Part shown: positions 59,069 through 64,000 of the stretch, one piece after another | Position numbering within the stretch: position 1 is the first letter of the stretch | Layout of the letters: every line of letters starts with the position of its first letter | Source of the DNA: an uncultured Candidatus Sumerlaeota bacterium | GTDB lineage: Bacteria; CAYMEV01 | NCBI GenBank assembly: GCA_964389675.1 | Contig: CAYMEV010000006.1 | Location: 27,217-91,216 of the forward strand | Length of the DNA: 64,000 nt | Direction: 5' to 3' | Notes under the pieces: model-generated | The model's database searches: none | What the model was told of the DNA's origin: nothing | The model's input: the letters and a program-made list of their open reading frames with translations, nothing else | Translations under genes and position numbers: made by a program

Positions 59069-59527
59069 TTAATCCTGTTCAGTTCCATTTGATTCTAAAT
59101 GCCTATCCCTGCATCTGGCTATTACTACACAGCCTGCTATGATATCGTGCAGGGCCTGCTTCTTTTTTGTAAATAATGCCATGATGTACCCTAACATTAA
59201 AATAAAGCCTGATATATATTTTGAAAAGAACCTGAGTGTGCTTTTAAGGAAATCAATTCTATTACCTTCCAGATCAGTAACCTTTATGCCTAGTATCATT
59301 TTCCCGACCGTTGCCTGATATTTAGAGGACTCCATCAGTGCGAAATATAACCAGGCTATAACTGTAGCAAAAACACCAAGTTCTCTTGTAAGGTAACCTG
59401 CAAAAAAATTCCCGTGCATTGCTTCTATAAATTTTGTAAAAAACCCTGTGACTGCAAATACAAACAGAAATACTAAAGCATCAATGATGCAAGCTATAAA
59501 TCTGGTAAAAAACCCCGCATAATGCAT
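59069..59527 (-). CDS. RDD family membrane protein
   Basis: N-terminal FIACIIDALVF, central VGKMILGIKV and three TM segments typical of RDD domain proteins. Confidence 0.6.
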   Translation of the reverse strand: MHYAGFFTRFIACIIDALVFLFVFAVTGFFTKFIEAMHGNFFAGYLTRELGVFATVIAWLYFALMESSKYQATVGKMILGIKVTDLEGNRIDFLKSTLRFFSKYISGFILMLGYIMALFTKKKQALHDIIAGCVVIARCRDRHLESNGTEQD

Positions 59528-59553
59528 AATGATTCTCCTTTTAGAATTAAAGT

Positions 59554-60126
59554 CTAACCAAGCTTCTTCATCAGCCAGGCCATATTCCTGCCCAGGTTCT
59601 TCATGGTCATCATTCCTTCCTCATCATTCAGGACATCCCCCGGTGCCTGTCCCCACGATATATTCCAATAGCTTGAACCTACAATTATCATCTGGTTTAT
59701 AAGAAAAAAATGGTTCAATGCATTAAATGCATCAATGCCTCCCCCCCTGCGGACAGCTACAACGGCTGCAGCAGGTTTTCTCTTATACAGATAGCCATTG
59801 CCCATGCCGACAAGCCCTGCCCTGTCTATAAAGGCTTTCATCTGAGAGCTGATATTTGCAAAATAGGTTGGACTGCCTAGAATAATCCCGTCTGCCCTGA
59901 CCATTTTATCAATTATCTCATTTATTACATCCTCTTTAATAATGCAGGCTTTGTCCATATTATCCCTGCATCCCCTGCAAGCCCTGCAGCTGTATATATT
60001 TTCCCCGGCAAGCTGTACCAGCTCTGTTTCTATTTTTTCCTTATTAAGCTCTGAGAATACAGCATTTATCAGGCATGCTGTATTACCATCCCTTCTTGAA
60101 CTTCCATTAATTCCTAATACCTTCAT
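59554..60126 (-). CDS. Flavodoxin-like fold NADPH-dependent FMN reductase / iron-sulfur flavoprotein family
   Basis: MKVLGINGSSRRDGNT N-terminus and C-x-x-C-x-x-C cluster (CRACRGC); about 190 aa. Confidence 0.7.
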   Translation of the reverse strand: MKVLGINGSSRRDGNTACLINAVFSELNKEKIETELVQLAGENIYSCRACRGCRDNMDKACIIKEDVINEIIDKMVRADGIILGSPTYFANISSQMKAFIDRAGLVGMGNGYLYKRKPAAAVVAVRRGGGIDAFNALNHFFLINQMIIVGSSYWNISWGQAPGDVLNDEEGMMTMKNLGRNMAWLMKKLG

Positions 60127-60521
60127 TGTGCAATCACCCCTTTTTTTAATAATGCCCTTTGAGGATTAACTGCCTTGTAGATTCATCAAGTTTTTCAGCT
60201 GGATATCCAAGCACTGTCCTCAGCATTTTTTAATAATATTTTTTTATAAATGAAAATTCCGATTTTTTGTCAGCTTTCTCTAACTCTCTCAGAACCTATT
60301 CTGCCGCATCCTTTTTCTTGCACCTATTTCCATTTATTGAAACCTGTATCTTATCATCATCCTGATAATGAAAGATTTCAGAAATTATCCTGAACAGTCT
60401 GATTTAATATTATTCTGCAATCTTTGTATCAAAATATGCTAAACAAATCCATGTATTATGATATTATAAAAGAATAAAAATAAAAAGAACAATATGCTGA
60501 CTGTCTGCAAAGGATTATAAA

Positions 60522-61208
60522 ATGTCAATAGAACTTAAAGATGTAAAGAGGTATTATAATACTCTTAAGGTAACAGTAAAGGCCCTGAGGGGAATTAACC
60601 TTCAAATAGGCGATGGAGAATTCATCTCCGTAGCAGGCCCTTCAGGCTCAGGCAAATCAACCCTCCTTAACCTGATAGGCTGTATTGATGAACCGACTGA
60701 GGGAAGCATCTTTTATAATAATACGGATATTACCAGCCTAAAGGGGAAAAAACTGGCAAATTTCAGGAACCGCAATATAGGTTTTGTATTTCAGAGTTTT
60801 AATCTTATTCCTGTCCTGAGCGCATTCGAGAATATTGAATTTCCCCTGATTCTGCAGGGCATAAAATCCAGTAAGGCTGAAAAAAGAGTAAATCAACTCA
60901 TAGACAGGGTTGAGCTGTCTGATGCAGCTCACAGAAGGCCAGCTGAGCTGAGCGGTGGACAGCAGCAGAGAGTCGCCATAGCCAGGGCACTTGTCAAGAA
61001 TCCTGCCATTGTTCTTGCTGATGAGCCAACGGCAAATATTGATTCTGAAACAGCATTAAAGCTGCTGAGCTTAATGAAAGAACTGAACCAGGAGATACAG
61101 ACCACTTTTATATTTTCTACACATGATCCTATTGTCATGCAATTTGCCCAAAGGCTTATAAAACTTAAGGATGGGCTTGTTATAGATGATATTAAGAGAG
61201 AGGCCTGA
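60522..61208 (+). CDS. ABC transporter ATP-binding protein (LolD/MacB-type)
   Basis: Walker A GPSGSGKST, signature LSGGQQQRVAIARAL, Walker B VLADEPT. Confidence 0.85.
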   Translation: MSIELKDVKRYYNTLKVTVKALRGINLQIGDGEFISVAGPSGSGKSTLLNLIGCIDEPTEGSIFYNNTDITSLKGKKLANFRNRNIGFVFQSFNLIPVLSAFENIEFPLILQGIKSSKAEKRVNQLIDRVELSDAAHRRPAELSGGQQQRVAIARALVKNPAIVLADEPTANIDSETALKLLSLMKELNQEIQTTFIFSTHDPIVMQFAQRLIKLKDGLVIDDIKREA

Positions 61209-61210
61209 CC

Positions 61211-62449
61211 ATGTTTTTCCTGGTTAAGGTTGCCTTCAGGAATATTTTCAGGCACAAGAAGAGAACCCTTATTACTATTATCACAATATCAATAGGCATA
61301 TTTTACTTTATATTCCTTGAAGGCCTGCTTCAGGCTTTTAACTCTCAATCCGTTGACAATCTTATAAGATATGATACAGGCCACTTAAAAATATTCAGGC
61401 AAGGGTACTGGCCTGAAAGAAACAGGACTCCGCTTGACTATTCTTTTGATTATGTTCCGGTTCTGGAAAATATCAAAAATGTAAGGACAGTAAAAGGCGC
61501 TGTCCCAAGGCTTTATTTTCCGGGAAGAATTTATGACGGCAGGGCTGAGCTTCCAGTATTTGTTACAGCTATTGATACATCCCTTGATGAAGATGTGTTC
61601 AGCCTCAGGGATGCGATTGCCGTAGGCAGATATATTCATCTGGAAAATGACGTTTTGATTGGAAGCAAGCTTGCTAAGCTGTTCAATGCAGGCATAGGGT
61701 CCCCTCTTATAATTGAATTTCGCGACATAAAAGGTATTTATGATGCCCTGTCATGCCAGGTCGCAGGCATAATAGACACCAACCATCCTGATATTGATAA
61801 TTCTGCAGTCTATATATCCCTTGATTATATAGAGAAGCTGACTTCTCTTGAAAACAAGTGCACAGAGATTGCAATAAGGCTTTCATCATCAAAAGACATT
61901 GGGCAGAGATCTGAGGAAATATTAGCCAGGCTAAACAGCAGCGGATTCACAAGCATGCAGACTGCTACATATATAAAACAGTCGGAAGATTTCATGAGCC
62001 TAAAGAATACAAAGAATACCGGAACTGTAATTATAATGTCAGTACTTCTTCTGATCATCATCGTCGGCATTGCTAATACAATGATAATGGCAGTATATGA
62101 AAGATTCAGGGAAATAGGGACATTAATGGCACTGGGCATGACTGATATCCAGATCAGGATGCTGTTTCTACTGGAGGCAATAATAATCAGCCTTTTTGGC
62201 TCAATTGCCGGTAATATGTTAGGTCTGGGTTTTATGATACCTTTTTCCATATATGGGTTTAATATCGGGAAGGTTTACGGCGATATGGATATAGGCTATA
62301 TAGTAAAGGATTATGTATACGGCAGCATCAGGCCGGAGATTTTCCTGTTTTCTTTTTTAATTTCAGTCACAATAGCTGTCTTTGCTGCATATATCCCTGC
62401 AAAAAAAGCTTCAAAGCTGAAGCCTGTTGAAGCACTAAGGCATTACTGA
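61211..62449 (+). CDS. ABC transporter permease, FtsX-like (MacB/LolC/E-type 4-TM permease with large periplasmic loop)
   Basis: N-terminal TM, approximately 230-aa periplasmic domain, then three C-terminal TMs containing the FtsX-like motif (ERFREIGTLMALGM). Confidence 0.8.
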   Translation: MFFLVKVAFRNIFRHKKRTLITIITISIGIFYFIFLEGLLQAFNSQSVDNLIRYDTGHLKIFRQGYWPERNRTPLDYSFDYVPVLENIKNVRTVKGAVPRLYFPGRIYDGRAELPVFVTAIDTSLDEDVFSLRDAIAVGRYIHLENDVLIGSKLAKLFNAGIGSPLIIEFRDIKGIYDALSCQVAGIIDTNHPDIDNSAVYISLDYIEKLTSLENKCTEIAIRLSSSKDIGQRSEEILARLNSSGFTSMQTATYIKQSEDFMSLKNTKNTGTVIIMSVLLLIIIVGIANTMIMAVYERFREIGTLMALGMTDIQIRMLFLLEAIIISLFGSIAGNMLGLGFMIPFSIYGFNIGKVYGDMDIGYIVKDYVYGSIRPEIFLFSFLISVTIAVFAAYIPAKKASKLKPVEALRHY

Positions 62450-62465
62450 CATTAGGAGCCGCGAT

Positions 62466-63698
62466 ATGCTTTATATTATTAAGATTGCTTACAGAAATAT
62501 TTATAGAAATATAAGGAGGACTTTGCTTACCATTGCTGCAATAACAATATCTATTGCAGCTTTTGTTATTATCCAGGGATGGATGGAGGGGCTTATTGGA
62601 AGCCTGATTGATAATACAATAAGGGTAACTTCAGGACATATAAGGATAGTAAACAAATTTTATCTGGAAAAGGAGAGGCTTCTCCCGATACATTTCAATA
62701 TACCCGATATCTCAGATATGATAAGCAGGCTAAAGAACAATCCTGAAATAACAGAGATAAATCCAAGGATCCGTTTTGGGACACAGGTTGAGCATGGCAA
62801 TAATTACATTGATGCGCTGGGTATAGCTTTCGACCCTGACAGTGAAAGCCATACGTCCAGGATAAAGGATTATATCGTAAGGGGAAGCTATTTTAAGGAC
62901 AGCAATGATGGTGTGATTATTGGAATTAAGACAGCAGAGGAACTTGGAGCTGATGTAGGTGATAATATCAGTTTTCTTGTAAAAACAGTAAATTTCACCC
63001 CAAATCTGATGGAGTACCCCATCACTGGAATATTTGAATCAGGCATTAATGCAATGGACAGGGGGTTGTTCTATATCTCCCTTAAAAATGGCTCTGATCT
63101 GCTCTACATGGATGATTCTGCAACAGAGATCCTTCTTTTCATTAATGACCCGGATTCTGCAGTTTCTTTAGCAGACAGCCTTAAGGAACTGGATGCCCAG
63201 AAAGATTTATGCTATATCCCTTGGCAGAAAGAGAACAGCATTAAGGGTTTCCTTGGATCCTATGATGTTACGAAAATCCTGATAATGCTTACCTTTGGTA
63301 TTGTCTCCGGGCTTACCATCCTTAATACGATGATGATGGCTGTATTTGAGAGAACCAGGGAAATAGGTATTTTAGGAGCTCTTGGCATGACACAGGCCGA
63401 TATAATGAAGATGATTATGCTTGAATCCATTATAATTGGATTAATCGGTTCTGTACTTGGAAGCATGCTTGGATTCGGGATTGCATACGGATACCTTGAG
63501 AATATCGGCATAGAAGCGGAATCCATAATGAAAAGCCTGGGAGGCTGGCTGCTTCCCTCGAGGCTGTATGCAGATTTTCAGCTTATTCATATTATATACG
63601 GATTTATATTGGGTGCCTTAATCTCAATTCTGTCAGTCATCTATCCTTCCGTAAAAGCTTCAAGGGTAAGCCCAAGCGAAGCTCTCAGATCTTTATAG
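62466..63698 (+). CDS. ABC transporter permease, FtsX-like (second paralog)
   Basis: Same architecture as the preceding gene (ERTREIGILGALGM). Confidence 0.8.
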   Translation: MLYIIKIAYRNIYRNIRRTLLTIAAITISIAAFVIIQGWMEGLIGSLIDNTIRVTSGHIRIVNKFYLEKERLLPIHFNIPDISDMISRLKNNPEITEINPRIRFGTQVEHGNNYIDALGIAFDPDSESHTSRIKDYIVRGSYFKDSNDGVIIGIKTAEELGADVGDNISFLVKTVNFTPNLMEYPITGIFESGINAMDRGLFYISLKNGSDLLYMDDSATEILLFINDPDSAVSLADSLKELDAQKDLCYIPWQKENSIKGFLGSYDVTKILIMLTFGIVSGLTILNTMMMAVFERTREIGILGALGMTQADIMKMIMLESIIIGLIGSVLGSMLGFGIAYGYLENIGIEAESIMKSLGGWLLPSRLYADFQLIHIIYGFILGALISILSVIYPSVKASRVSPSEALRSL

Positions 63699-63712
63699 CA
63701 AGGAGAAATGGA

Positions 63713-64000
63713 ATGAAAAGACTGCTGATGTTTTTTTTATTATTTATGCTGTTATGCATGCATATATATCCGGAAACGGATGTCGGGGAAATACTTGAAA
63801 AGGTTGATGAGAACATGATGACGGAATCATCCAGGTCAGAGATTGAAATGACAATAACAATCAAAGACACATCACCAAGGACTTTCAGTTTCATATCATT
63901 TACAAAAGGAAATGACTATGCCTTCTTTGAATACACTGCCCCTGCAAGGGAAAAAGGCACAAAATTCCTTAAACAGGGCAAGTCAATGTGGCTTTATTTT
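63713..64000 (+). CDS. LolA-like outer-membrane lipoprotein-sorting family protein (3' end beyond the window)
   Basis: Signal peptide. ESSRSEIEMTI and KFLKQGKSMWLYF are typical of the LolA-like/DUF4292 family found next to LolCDE-like ABC genes. Truncated by the window end. Confidence 0.45.
   Translation, partial: MKRLLMFFLLFMLLCMHIYPETDVGEILEKVDENMMTESSRSEIEMTITIKDTSPRTFSFISFTKGNDYAFFEYTAPAREKGTKFLKQGKSMWLYF

Noticed and set aside
1-64000. CRISPR arrays, integrases, transposases, phage structural genes
   Set aside because: No short regular direct repeats and no recombinase or capsid motifs were seen. tRNA-Arg at 14894-14966 is not flanked by an integrase or by a duplicated tRNA 3' end.

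Overview
This is a 64 kb stretch of a low-GC (roughly 35%) bacterial chromosome. Gene content suggests an uncultivated anaerobe: mglBA polarity GTPase pair, formate-THF ligase, methylmalonyl-CoA mutase, dockerin-tagged secreted proteases, and no phage or plasmid hallmarks. Coding density is high on both strands. No CRISPR array, rRNA, transposase or integrase was found. The conserved dnaX-ybaB-recR operon is preceded on the minus strand by a GC-rich island. I read that island as a long-form (Bacillus-type) SRP RNA immediately downstream of a tRNA-Ser(GGA). A second tRNA, Arg(CCG), lies at about 14.9 kb. Candidate loci for the 'undescribed system' question are all signalling or secretion modules with unusual architecture. 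The first is a bona fide mglB-mglA pair followed by a sigma-54 enhancer-binding protein with a roughly 480-aa uncharacterised N-terminal domain. The second is a tightly overlapping operon of CaCA antiporter, CheR-like methyltransferase, orphan FtsE-like ATPase, TPR membrane protein and GmhB-like phosphatase. The third is an MCP-like protein whose cytoplasmic methyl-accepting domain is followed by a C-terminal family-5 solute-binding domain. The fourth is a partner-switching-like module: a Ser/Thr kinase fused to a PP2C phosphatase, a Cache-HAMP-PP2C phosphatase and a STAS protein, with no RsbW-type kinase or sigma factor. The fifth is two secreted proteases (a metzincin and a subtilase) that share a near-identical N-terminal dockerin-like module and flank an OMP beta-barrel. 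All functional calls rest on motifs recognised by eye and on recalled homologues; none has been verified against a database.
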